A stretch of 63,558 bases of DNA, the filler included, from Conidiobolus incongruus B7586 (taxonomy: Eukaryota): assembly GCA_000697335.1 (NCBI GenBank). It is 5 parts of 5 records of this genome, joined end to end, with 100 filler letters (N's around TTAATTAATTAA, not from the genome) between each part and the next. Parts side by side here need not be neighbours in the genome. Positions count along the whole stretch, not along the records: positions 1 to 31,538 come from JNEM01006288.1; 4 more parts are not named here. One strand, given 5' to 3'. Below the pieces are notes generated by a model that searched no databases, had not been told where the DNA came from, and worked only from the letters and a program-made list of their open reading frames with translations. Within the stretch, counting starts at the first letter, position 1. Each line of letters starts with the position of its first letter. Shown here piece after piece: positions 13,100 through 26,546 of the stretch. The translations under genes were made by a program, and so were the position numbers.

Positions 13100-15850
13100 T
13101 ATAAATACTTCTGATCCTGTTAAATAATGGCACAACAAAAAGTGACCACTCTCGTACTATCTCAAGTATGAACCCTCCCCAAGATTATTCACCAATTGTA
13201 AGATTCGGAGAGCTCTAAAAAGTGAAATTTCGCTAGAGATTTGGAATGACTACAAGCTATTATTAATCTCATAGAATCTAGAGTTGATCCTAAGCTAGTG
13301 TTGGATCAAGTGGTCCAAGTATGTCATTATTTTATGAGTTTGAATATAACTAATCTTTGCATAGATGATGGGTTGTACGGATCTCCAAGCTTTAAATTTA
13401 GTTTGTTCCATATCAAATCGTCTAGAAAATACTCAAATCGATCTAAGCGTGTTAGAAGTTAACAAAGTATTGGCATATTCGTCACCTTCAAACTCCGCAA
13501 TGACTTATCATCTGAATTTAGTTTTGGAATTTCATAGTATTAGATGTTAAATACACAATCCAATTTGATTGAATTCTTTTGATTAGATTTCAAATAATAA
13601 AAAATAAATCCTCCAACGATGATCAAAGATTGTTTTAACGAATACGATATCATTCCAACTTGGAAATTAGAGAACACTACTTTTTAGCAATGCATAATAC
13701 TTTAAAATTGGAAAAATTTAGGGATATAAAGAGATGCAAATTGAATTATAAAAATCAAAGTAATATTTAATTTATTTGAACATAGTAGAAGTTTTCATCC
13801 ATGACCTTTTACAACTATTTAACAATTTTTAAAACTCGTCATTCATCCAATATATAATTCCTATATTAATACAACTAATCAAATACTGATTCAAATTCAA
13901 TTGGATGATTTAAACTATATTGAATCTATGCTTTTGAATTTAAGATTTTCAGAATTGGAATTACAGCAAAATTGGAATCAATTACTATTACATTACTGGA
14001 ATAATTTGGAATTGGAAGATGCTACATGATTAATGGAAATGCTATATATATATATATACATCGATAATTAACTTAATTAATTATTGAATAGTTAAGATTA
14101 GAAGATTTGATATCAAGTTTTCACTTACAAATTAATCTTAATCCAACTCCTCAATTATTTTTAATGATAACCAATCTTTACCCGCTAGTTCAAAATATTA
14201 TCAAAGATAAGTTAGATGATAGAAAATTATAGAACAGATTTTTCATTAGAAACAAATGTAAGGTTATTATAATTAATATAGAATTAAACTAATTTATATT
14301 ATTACCTAAATTCTTGGAATTCCTAGCTGTACCTTTCGATATCCATGCTCAATTAAATTTTTTTTTAAAAATTTGAAATAATTTTCGAAAGCGATTATCA
14401 AGTGTTTGGTAAGATTATTCTATTTTATTTAGAAAATAATTTACTTGTTCATTAAATATTGGACTTATCTAATATTAGTTTAGAGAGAGTACGGACGCTA
14501 AAATTATCAAAATTCAATTGAAATTGTTTGTGAAATTAATATGCTAAAATAATTATAAGAATATTTTTAATATATTTGATATATTTTATATCAATTTATA
14601 TAAATGTTGATTAGTCATTACCTTTAGTTCTATTTATCAACATTTATATAAATTGATGTGATTATTAATATTTTGGTTACAATTACAAAGGGTCCAGAAC
14701 ATCAATTTACACCTTACACAAACATCTTGTATAACAAATTGAGTCGAGTATTTCCAAATCTGAATCGAATTCACTTACCACAGTCCCTCTCTTTTTCCTC
14801 CTTCTCATCATTTTATCCAAAATCTACTCCATTAATAAACTTCTCATTAACCAATATCATGGAGATCATTATTTTGAATTGTTGCACTGCGGAATGGAGC
14901 AAATTAACACCATAAGGCATTAAGGCTACGTTAGATTTGATAGGTTGGTAAGGGAAAGACAATCCCAGTATTTTTAACAAATTAGAATCCGTATTTAACA
15001 GTATACAAATCGAATCAGATTACGGCAAATGACCTTTGGAAAATTTTGTAATTTGGTATTTTTATTAGATTGTTGTTTTCCTAGTTACAATCAAGCGATT
15101 CAATTCAAAACGACGCGGTGGGCAACTTTATAACATTCCAACTGGAAGATTCGAACTAGCTACAAACCCATCTTCATAAAACTGTTCCTCAAGTAGAGTT
15201 CTGATGTGAATCATAGTAGTCTATGCACATCAGCCGATATCGAACCCGAGAAATTGAATTCTAACGTTTTGGACTAGTATTGCAACATCTACAAAGACAG
15301 GTCTAAGGGATCGAGAGTTCATGAATCCAAAACCCTCCTAATTTTATTCCAATTAACCTTCAGCGATCTATTTGATTTAGATCCCATCGTTTACTTCATG
15401 ATTCGAAAGCAATTTGAATATTTGTGGTCTTCCTGCAACACCAGGTAAATGTTGTCATTTGCTCATTTATATCTTTATTTATATTGGAATAATATAAGAC
15501 GATCCATTCCCAATCTCGACTCAGCTCAACTACCTATCCCACTAACACTCTGGAGGATATTGAATCCCAATTCCACTATTTTTCAATATTTACCTTACAC
15601 TTTGAAATTTTGAACGATTCTGAATAGCGTTGGAAAGGATATACTTTCAAGGATTAAAATTTATTATTAATTAACTATGTATTAAACTAAATCTTTATAG
15701 AAACAACCACAAATTTTGATATTATTAAGTATACAATACTTACCTAAATCCAAAACCTATGATAATGACAAGATTTGAGATATACTATTAACTACCAAGT
15801 AAAGCTCTATTCCTATTTCTACTATCTTAATTCATCAGGTTTTGAGATCA
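13100..15850 (+). pseudogene. Probable decayed multi-exon gene, product unidentified
   Basis: Exon-like, more GC-rich blocks alternate with intron-like GT...CTAA...AG segments (e.g. 13319-13365, ~14258-14327, ~14408-14483). Reading frames are broken by stops and frameshifts. A promoter motif lies at 12961. Confidence 0.4.
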
Positions 15851-16050
15851 GTTAAAATTGAGATATTTTATTCCAAATATCAATAATTATTTTTAATAAC
15901 AAATCTTAATAAATTTTGATAATTAATGAAATATCTCATTTTTTAACATTTATAATTAATATAGGTGAAATTCAAATATGATTCAATCTTTTGAATTTAA
16001 ATTTATTTATAATTTAAAATAAATCACTATTGATTTATTTGAATATTTTA

Positions 16051-17760
16051 TTAGTATAGAAATTAAGAAATTATAAGTGTGGTGGTAAATACCAATATAG
16101 TGCAGAGGAAGGCTTAATATAAAAGTAGCGTGACACAGAACGTGGTACTATAACGTGGCTATAGCGTGCAAATGTAAACAAAGTTTAATTAAGCTTCAAA
16201 CTGGGATGAGTCACTGATATATTAAGATTTATATTAGGTAGTGCCAATATACTGTAATATTAACAGGATATAATCTTAATCTTAGAAATAGTGAAAAAGA
16301 TAAGAAATAGTAAGAATTGAGAGGAAAAAAAAGAACCTAGTTTATTAGATAATTCAATACTATTTATACAATTAATTTAGCTATAAAAGTATAAATTAAT
16401 CATATAATTTATAGTTAATTAAATTATATGAAAATATATATAAGAATTTAGAGAACTAGTCTCTTAACAGAAATGGTATATTTTTTAACTTTTGATCTTT
16501 TAAATATATTATAAGTTTTGAGAAATTATTTATATATAAAATATATAGGAAATTAAATATTTTCAAACTATATATATATATATTCAATTATAACTATTTT
16601 TTTTATTAAAATATTTTAATTTTAAAATTTATAATTAAATTTAATTATATATAAATTAAATAATAAATATCAAATAGCTTTTATTTTTGTATTTTTAAAA
16701 CTTAACTATAAACCCATTAAAATTATTTAAAGATTATAAATAGTTTATAAAGATGATATTTTATTTAAAATTATTATTTATTGCTAGGTTTATGATTTTA
16801 AAGCTAAAAGGGACATTATTTAAAATTTATTAAAATTTAAAAAATTAATTTCTATTATTATTTTTTTACTTATTAATAAAATAAAAAAAATATTTTAATA
16901 AATTACTTTTTATTTTAGTTAAAAAATTATTAAAATAATTTAATATTATTATATATAATTGAGTTTAAACTTAAATTAATTAATAAAAATATAAAATAAA
17001 TACTTAATAAATTAACAAAACTTAAAAAAATTAAATTAACTATAATTTAATTAAATTTATTAAGATATAACTAAAAACAAAGGTTTTGGTAGTAAATACT
17101 TATAATTAATAAATCTTAAACTTTTTGATATAATTTGTTATTCAAAATAAAATAAAATATTTGGTTAAATTAAATTAATCCTTTTCAAAAATTTTAATGA
17201 ATAAATATTTTAAATATAAATAAATATTAATTGATATAATAAATTATAATGATATATAATTTTCTTATTTAATATCTTAAAGAAAATTAATTAATTAATT
17301 AATAATAAACTTTATATTATTTTTTTAAATAAAATAATTTTTAAATAATATTCTTAACATAAATTAAAAATATTTATTATTTTGTATAATAATTATAAAA
17401 TACATAAAATTAAAATTATAAAAGATTTTTTATATAAAAGAATTAGAGAAAGTAATTACATTTAATATATTCACTTATTATAACTTATATAACTATAATT
17501 GTTTCAAATAATTAAAAAATTAGCTCATAAGAAAAAAAACTCCTATAAAAAAATTAAATTAATTTATATAACATCAAATTTCAGTCTTTAATAAAATGAA
17601 TTTTTTTAGGTGTTAAAAACTTGCAAAAAATATAAAAAACGCTATTAATAATAAAAAAAGTATTAATTTTATATTGTTTATTAAATTTTATATTGTATTT
17701 ATTAATTTATTTGTTTAATTTTAATTTTAAAATTGTGCCACTACTTAATTTTTACACTAA
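16051..17760 (+). mobile_element. Full-length degenerate mariner (copy B), ~1.3 kb, interrupted by a solo LTR
   Basis: TA-flanked. The left TIR (ttagtatagaaattaagaaat|ggtata) is the inverse of the right TIR (tgtgccactacttaatttttacactaa). Colinear with 59795-61069. Confidence 0.88.
16072..16469. mobile_element. Solo LTR (copy 1) with 5-bp TSD GAAAT
   Basis: Termini TATAAG (from TGTAAG)...CTTAACA. GAAAT lies at 16067-16071 and 16470-16474. Homologous to 33342-33708. Confidence 0.85.
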
Positions 17761-17996
17761 TAATTTAAACTTCTTATTCAAATTCTCTATCAAATTAAAT
17801 TAAAATCGGGATTATTGATCCCATAAATTTGATTAATTGTAAAATATAATTTAAAAGGATAAACTTTGATAATTCTTAATTTTTTGGTTCAATTTTAATC
17901 ACCCATTCATTTATAAATAATTAGTTTTTAAAAAAAATTATAATTTAAATTGATAGAATAATATATTTATATATTATAGAATTAATTCTTTAAAAA

Positions 17997-20619
17997 ATGG
18001 GAAAAGTGAATAATGCTGGTCACCACCATAGGGCGTCCAGTTTAAAACAGAGTAATAAAAAATTTAAATCGAAACATAGCTCAAAAGGTGCTTTGAAAGA
18101 TAAGAATAAGGGTAACTCTACTATCAATAATATATAAATTGAAAATGATTGATTTAATCGTTAAATAGGCAAAGTTAACCGCAAAGCTATCGCTCAAGGT
18201 AAAAAGGATGGATTGTTAAATAAGAACGATCGTAAGAATTCCGCTAAGGTTGGGATGAAATTCAAGCACCAGCAATTAAAAATGAATACTAAGGTATTTG
18301 AAGGCAAGTTTGGTGCTCCTAAGATTGTGGTAATTATAAAATTATATTCAAAGTTTGATAATGTTGGTTGTTAAATATTGATTCAATAGGCTTTGGTTCC
18401 TCTATGTCCCGATGTCAGTGTTGTAGATTTAGCCCAAAAGTTAGCTGAATCGGTTAATCAACCTTTCGAAATTCAAGGGAATAAAATCACTTTAAGGTAG
18501 TAATTATACTATATAAAGAATTAAAAGAGTGATTAATGTTTTTGATTAGTGCACCTCAACTCAAGCAACGTCTCCAATTAGTATTACTCACCAGAGATAT
18601 TTATGATGTTATGGATGCTTGTAAAGTTGCCGACTATATCGTCTTCTTGTTGTCTGCTCAAGTTGAAGTTGATGCTCTTGGTGAGACTACCATTTCTTGT
18701 GTTCAATCACAAGGTGCTCCCTCAGTTTTCAATTTTGTCCAACATTTAGATCGCGAACCTTTAAAGAGAAGACCCGATATTAAGAAGAGTTTGAGTAGTT
18801 TTGTTAATTTCTTTTTCCCTGAACAGGATAAGATTTTGGAAATGGACAACAATATGGTATTTACTAGAGTAATAGTATTATTAGATGGAATATTAAATCA
18901 TTAATTTAGGAATGCTTAACTACTCTTAGATCGATGGTTAGTCAAGTTCCCAAAGCAATGCCTTGGAGAGAAGGTCATCCCTATATTTTAAGCGATAAAG
19001 TCGAATTTGTCCCCAATCAAGATCAACCCGGTACTGGAACCCTTAAAGTTACAGGTTTCCTTCGTGGTGCTAATTTAAATGTCAATAGATTGGTTCATAT
19101 TCCCAATTTTGGTGACTATCAAATTGAAAAGGTTGAGAAAGCTGATCATCCTTTTGCTCGTCAACATAGTAATATGGATGAACAAATGACTGATTCTGAT
19201 AATATGAGGTTATTGGCTGTACCTGATCCTGAATTACAAGAATCTTTGATCTCAAGCAATGAACCCGATATGATGGAAGGAGAACAAACTTGGCCCACTC
19301 AAGAAGAATTATTAGAAGCTGAAAATGCTCTTAAAAACTCTCAAAACCAATCTAAGAAGGTGAGAGTTCCTAAGGGTACCTCATCCTACCAAGCCGCTTG
19401 GATTGTTGATGACGAGGATGGTGAGGATGATGGTAATGATGAAGATATGGATGTTGATGACGAAGAAGAGGAAGAAGTTGTCTATGAACATGATCAACCA
19501 GAAGAATACGAAGAAATTGATATGAACGAAGATGCCAAATCTGTTGCTCCTTTCGATGTCTTAGATGAAGAGGAAGAAATGAGACAATTTGAAGAGTATA
19601 AGAGACAGCGCGAAGCTGAAAGAAAAGAACAATTGGAGTTCCCTGACGAAGTTGACACACCTCTCAATGTTCCCGCTAGAATCCGTTTTCAGAAATATCG
19701 TGGTATGTTGAGTATGAGAACTTCTCCTTGGGATCCCTATGAAAACTTACCTCAAGATTATTCTCGTATTTTTCAATTCCAAAACTTTGCTAGAACTAAG
19801 AAGAGAATTCTCAGTCAAGCTAATGAAGGTGGTATTGAAGAAGGCACCTACATTACTATCCATATTAAGGACGTAAATAATGCTAATGGTCACTTGTACC
19901 ATCCTGAACGTCCCTTCATTGTATTTGGTTTACTCCCCCACGAAAATAAGATTACTTTACTTAACTTTGCTGTTAATAAATATACCGAATATACTGAGCC
20001 CGTTCGTTCCAAGGAACCTCTCATACTCCAATTCGGATTCCGCAGATTCCGCATCCAGCCTATCTTCTCCGAACATCATCACAAGGGTAAGACAAATAAC
20101 GTATACAAATTCCAAAGATACTTTGAAAATCATCAAGCCGCTGTCATGTCCCTCTACGGTCCAGTTACTTTTACTTCAGCACCCGTGATTGTTTTCAAAG
20201 AAAACCATACTAATTTATTCCACCCTCAAATAGTCGCAATGGGTAGTTTCTTAGACCACGACACCACTAGAATCATAGCCAAACGCATTATTTTAACGGG
20301 TCATCCCTTCAAAGTACATAGAAAATCCGCCGTCGTACGCTACATGTTCTTCAATCCCGAAGATATCGACTGGTTCAAGCCTATTCAATTGCATACCAAA
20401 CACGGTAAAATTGGTCACATCAAAGAGAGTTTGGGTACACACGGCTATATGAAATGTATCTTCAACGACTTGCCCAAGCAGCACGATACGGTATGTATGT
20501 CCCTCTACAAGCGCGTTTTCCCCAAGTGGACTACGGAAATGTTTGTTCGACCTAACTACGACTACGTACCTCAAGAGTCGCAAGCTCCCAAGGAAGGTCA
20601 TGGTATGGATTTTGACTAA
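17997..20619 (+). CDS. TSR1: Pre-rRNA processing / 40S biogenesis protein Tsr1
   Basis: N-terminal HHHRASSLKQSNKKFKSKH, MEGEQTWPT, RVPKGTSSYQAAW, FPDEVDTP, RFQKYRG and GHIKESLGTHGYMKC. Four introns near the 5' end. Confidence 0.97.
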
Positions 20620-21602
20620 TAGATTATATATACTAGCTTAGAATTTTGAATTTATCCAATAAATTATATTTCATTTGATAAAATATTTTAAAAAATTTAA
20701 CATTGTGAAATAATTTATGGCTTTTATCAAAAAAATAAAGGAAATTGTTTAATTTTATATTTTAATTAATATTTGAAAAGATGTTCCTATTATTGGTAAA
20801 TTTATATCAAATTAAGATAATAGGTATATGTATACTAAATTGAATATGATTTGATTTTCAAAATAACTAAAATATGATATTAACCCATTTTAATCCTTAT
20901 TTTTTAATTTGATTTTTTTTTGAATTTATATTTGTGTCTGATACCTTTTAATTCAATCATATTAAAAATTTCCACATTATCCATCAATCACATGAATATT
21001 AAGCTGTTCATATTTATTATCATCAAAAATCAATTTTATTAAAATATTATATTGAATTTTCAATTATAGCTTATTTACTGGAATGAATAAAATATTACAA
21101 AATAGATATTAATTCTATATTTGTGTTGGTCAATCAAAAATTGATCAGAGTGTGTATAAAAATAGTGTGTATTTAATAACTAAAAATATATGTCATGTAC
21201 TATATGATTTCCCAATCTTCATAAATATAATTATTAAAATTATGAATTGTACTTTATCAAGAAATTGAATAAGTACTATATTTATATCCTTTAGTCGAAA
21301 TAATTATACAAGTTTTATAAATATAGTATAAAGTAAATTACTATAGCTATTTAATGTATAAAATCTTAATTTAACCACAGGAAATTATTGATTATTATTA
21401 ACATTGATTAATTATATGATAGATTTTCATAGAAATTAAGGAGTTATCCCATAAGTTTAAAATTCAACTCTAATTCCTCTGAAAAAATTAAATATAGGTT
21501 AATTCCAATACCAAAATTGAAATTCAATTCAAAACCAATCAATCATTAAAATTATTAAAATAATAATAATTTACAATTATAATATAAAAAAGAATAATCA
21601 AT

Positions 21603-24600
21603 ATGTCCGAGCCTTTCATCCTTAACGAAGAACTCACGGCATTTCAAGATCAGGCAATTTTACTTGATGATGAGTATAACTTATTGAACAACAGTGATAG
21701 AGAGTGGGAAACTTGGTTCAATGGTAAATAATTTAAACATTATATTTGAGTTCAAATGATTGATATCTAGTTAGAGCTTAGCGACAATTTTGAAGAAAAT
21801 CCTTCTAGTATTATTCAATCTCATTTATTCCAAAAGCTGAAATATTGCTTAACGTAATAATTGTCAAATTTTTAAAAAAAAATAAAGTGTATATTAATAT
21901 ATTGATAGAGTTTTTAACGATTTACCACCTAAAGTAGCTTATAAGATATCGGATATCATTTTGACAGGTATATTCATACGTTGAATAGTACAAATTGATT
22001 TAGTAACATTAATTTAATAGGATTCAATACTTTTGTGAATTATACCGAAGAAGATATCGAAGCTAATAACGGTCCATTCGACGAACAGAAACAAGCTTTT
22101 GACATGTATGGATTTTTCATTTATTCTTGGGTTTACTTAATCAACTCCCAGCTAGAATCAGAAGAACTCACTAAAGCCAAAGTAATTCATTTTAACACTC
22201 ATTTCATAACTTTTATATTGAACACTTTCCACATTAGACAAAATCAAAATCGTCCAAATCCTCCAATAAAAAGCAGGATAATGCTTCACATGATCTCACA
22301 CAGATTCGAATTCCTTTAATGAAAGCAGTATTTAATTCTTTGAAATTGAATTTGAAGAAAATTTATCCTACATCACATGAATTGGAATCCTATGCTGGGT
22401 AATTTGTATATTATAATAACACCGCAATTTTTATTTATATTTTTTAGAATGTTCACCAAGCTTATGTTCCAAGTATTATCGAATACTGATAACTTAAAGG
22501 ATCAGGAATTATGTCAATTAACTTATGAAATTCTCGCTTACTCCGCCAAACATTACAACCAAAACTTTGGTATGAATTAAATTTTGTTAATAGTCTATTA
22601 CTATATTAATGATCATTAATAGGCATTCAAACTTCTATTTTACAGAATCTCCAATACTATGACCAATTCAGCGATAGTATGGCTGAAATATTAGGAATAT
22701 GCTGTAATCAATATGAGCACACAAGCCTTGCTGAAGATATTTTAAAAGAAATCAGTGAAAAGGATTTTGCTGCTAGTGATAAGATTGGCCCAAAATCCTT
22801 CTCAAAGTTCTTAGTTAGATTGTGTGAATTAAATTATAAAATATTGATGAAGCAAATGCATAGCTTGATTAAACATATTGATAGCGAGGTATATACGCTT
22901 TGATTAATTAAATATATTAGTTGTTTACAATTTATAATTTAGGCTTATCAAATGAGAAATGGTCTTATTGAAATTATCGGTATGCTTATCGACCAATTGT
23001 CTCAATTAGATTTTACAGAAAATCTTCAAGTCCAAATTGATCACTTTTTCGACGTTATTGAGGAGAGATTTCGAGACAACAATTCTTTAGTACGTTCCAA
23101 GTTATTACAAGTTGTTGCAAAGATTGCTGAGTAAAAAATATTAAAAATTGTCAATAACAATATATTAACTTTTATCAAATAGATGTAAAGCCAAATTTCC
23201 TAAAAGAAGAATTAACCTTATCTATCATATCATTGGTCGTTTGGAGGATAAAAGTAGCTTGACTCGTAAAAACGCTATTAAAGCACTTTCGAATTTCTTG
23301 ACTACTCATCCTTTTTCTATGGATGGTGGTGAATTATCCAAGGAATTTTTCCAAAAGAAGCATGATCAAATTAAACAACGTTTAGAGGTAATTTTTGGTT
23401 GTATAGAAAAACTATTGTTTTTAATGTTGAATCTATTACAACTTTTTATCACAATCTAATAATACTATTTAGGAACTTCAAAACACTGTAATGCAAGAAC
23501 GACCACCTCACTTAGAAATATCATCCTTGAATATCAATCCTGAGGAAGCGCCACCTAATGATCCTGTGGATTTAGCTGGACCCGAATTCACCGAATTATC
23601 ATTAAAGCAGAAATATTATAGTGATGGTTTACTGTTTATTGATCAAATATGTTCAGCAATCCCTATCTTGGCCCAACTTTTAAATTCAACCTATAAGCAA
23701 GAAACTTTGGAAGCGATGGATTTTTTCGTATTGGCTTATCAATACAAGATTGAGGATGCTATTGTATTTTATTATGTCAAATTTGTTTTTGTTCATCTAA
23801 TCTAATTCTAAATTTAGATTGGTGTTAAGAAAATGATTCATTTGGTATGGACTAAAGATAACACAGACGAAGGAAAGAGTATCAGAAAACATTTAGTAGA
23901 TTGTATATATAGAATATACTTTACCATTCCTCTTGCTACTGATCACAAATCTACTGTTAACGGAATTGTCAGAAACCTAATTAGGTAAACTCAACGTACA
24001 TACCATATAAATGAATAGAGCCTGATTTATTATAATTATTTAGTTTAACTTATAAAGCCACACTAGCTGATTTGACATCTCTCGAAGAATTATTAATTGC
24101 CATGACTGAAGCAGGACATATTGAACCAGATGTCGTTAACAAACTATGGAACGTTTATGGTAGTTATTTATTTTCAAAGCAACATCATTATTTTACTCAA
24201 TTTCCTCTAGGTCACACTAAAACCGACATTCCAAGGCCTCAACGAAGAGGAGCAATTATTATTCTTGGTATGATTGGACACGCCATTCCATCCATGATTA
24301 GCCAAAACATCGGAATTATGATGAAGATTGGTTTAGGTGAATACGGAAAGGTAATTCAATTAAATAAAGGTCCTAGTCAATAACTGACAAACTCATAGGA
24401 GGATTTAGAGCTGGCCAAATATACCTGTATAGCACTACAATGTATTGGAGGTACTAGAAAACGTGTCAAAGGTATTGCCATATATAATATTCTATTTCCA
24501 GCTCTTAACATGTTTTAGGAAATACCAATATATCTCACAGTAAGCGTCTTCCAATGTCCGATCCCTTGTTTGATCAATTAAAAACCATGTTTGAATTGGA

Positions 24601-26158
24601 TAATGATTTAGTTACATGGTATTCAATATAGTATTGTATATAATATTATATGATCTAATTTTTTTTAGGTTTAGTATGGCTGAACAAATTATCAATGTCA
24701 TTTATAATTTAGGTCTAAGACCAGATATATTATGTCAAGAAATCATTCTTATGTATATTGAAAAAGCTCGTAATGCTCAGAGATTTGAAAACGATAAAAC
24801 ATTATCTGATCCTTGGCCATTGTCTCAATTAATATTTATCGTTGGTCATGTTGCGATCAAGCATATTGTATTTCTAGAAGTTGTTGAATCAGAATTGAAG
24901 AAAAAAGGAGCTAACAAAAGTAAGAGGATGATAATTTATATATAATGTAATTACTTATAGATGATTAGGTCTTCACGAAGACGAATTTGAACATGTTACA
25001 GGAACTGCTGAAGATGAAATTGTAGAAATCATGGGTCGTATTCGTGACAGAGAATTATTATATTCTCCAGATGCTCTTTTAGCCAAATTCGGTCCAATTG
25101 TTGTTGAAATAGCAGCAAACAACAAAGTTTATACAGTAAGTGTTTCAGTTATAAAACTATTATATTTTATATTGATAAATTGGTTTTAGGATTCTATGCT
25201 TCAAATCTCTGCTACTCTTACAATGGCTAAATTCATGTGTGTTAGTAGTATATATTGTGAGGAAAACCTCCAATTACTATTGACTATTCTTCAAAAATCT
25301 AAGAATCATATTATTCGTAGCAATATTATTATCGCACTTGGTGATATTGCAGTATGCTCTAATATCCTGATTGGTGATAATATGTCATACCTTTATCGAA
25401 GGTTAAGAGACCCTGAATCTACTGTCAAGAAAAACTCTTTAATGGTACTTACTCACTTAATTTTGAACGGTATGATCAAAGTCAAAGGTCAATTGGGCGA
25501 AATGGCCAAATGTCTACAAGATGAAGATCCAAGGATTTCTGATCTAGCCAAGCTCTTCTTTACAGAATTGGCCAGTAAAGATAATGCAGTATATAATAAT
25601 TTACCAGATATGATCTCCCACCTTTCTACTGGACAAGATTCCGTTGATGAGACGACCTTTCACAAAATTATGAAGTTCTTATTTGACTTCATTAAAGAAA
25701 AAGAAAAGCAGTGTGAATCAGTTGTCGAAAAATTATGTCAAAGATTTAGAAATAGTGACGATCCTCGCAATTGGAGAGATATTGCCTACTGCTTAAATCT
25801 AATACCCTATAAATCTGAAAGATCATTTAAGAAATTAATTGAAGGGTTCGGATTTTATCAAGACAAATTACATGAAGATAAAGTTTTCAATCATTTTAAT
25901 GATATTATTGCTAAGGTAATTACATAGCTATTTTTAAATATTATCATTTTGATTAATGTTTAATAGGCTCGTCAACAAATTTGGCAACGAAATGAAGCTA
26001 AAATGATCATTGATGAACTCGAAGAAAATATTAATAAGGTCAGACAAGGTGATAATAGTATGTTAGTCGACAATGAATATCCTCAACCTATAAATGATAA
26101 TGAAGATGAAATGGAAGTAGATGAGTCACCAGATGATCCGATGGATACTACTGACTGA
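21603..26158 (+). CDS. YCS4: Condensin complex subunit 1 (Cnd1/Ycs4/NCAPD2), intron-rich
   Basis: HEAT-repeat exons and a Cnd1 domain: IRSNIIIALGD, VLTHLILNGMIKVKGQLGEMAKCL, LFFTELASKDNAVYN. Confidence 0.95.
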
Positions 26159-26546
26159 ATCATTTCATCACAATACCTTTAACTTTAATTCATTTTCAAT
26201 ACTACCATTAATTTTATATCATATTGCTAATGCTTGATAATTATTAATTACTTGTGAAATATATATATCGTTGATATTTATTCGTTCGATATTCTAGATA
26301 TTAAATATTATATTGTGTTCTATTTTTAACTGAATATTTAAAATATTTCTTGTTTAATATTAAATATTTAAATTGCAGAAAATCTATATAACTACTTTTG
26401 CTAACAACACTTTATTTCGTTACAGTAAAAAATATATTCGGAATTTGTTTTATTAAAAATAAGAAGTATATTATCAAAATATGATTAAAGTTTATTTTAT
26501 AATTACATAAAACTAGCAATAGTGAATCATTTGGACTGAATTAATT

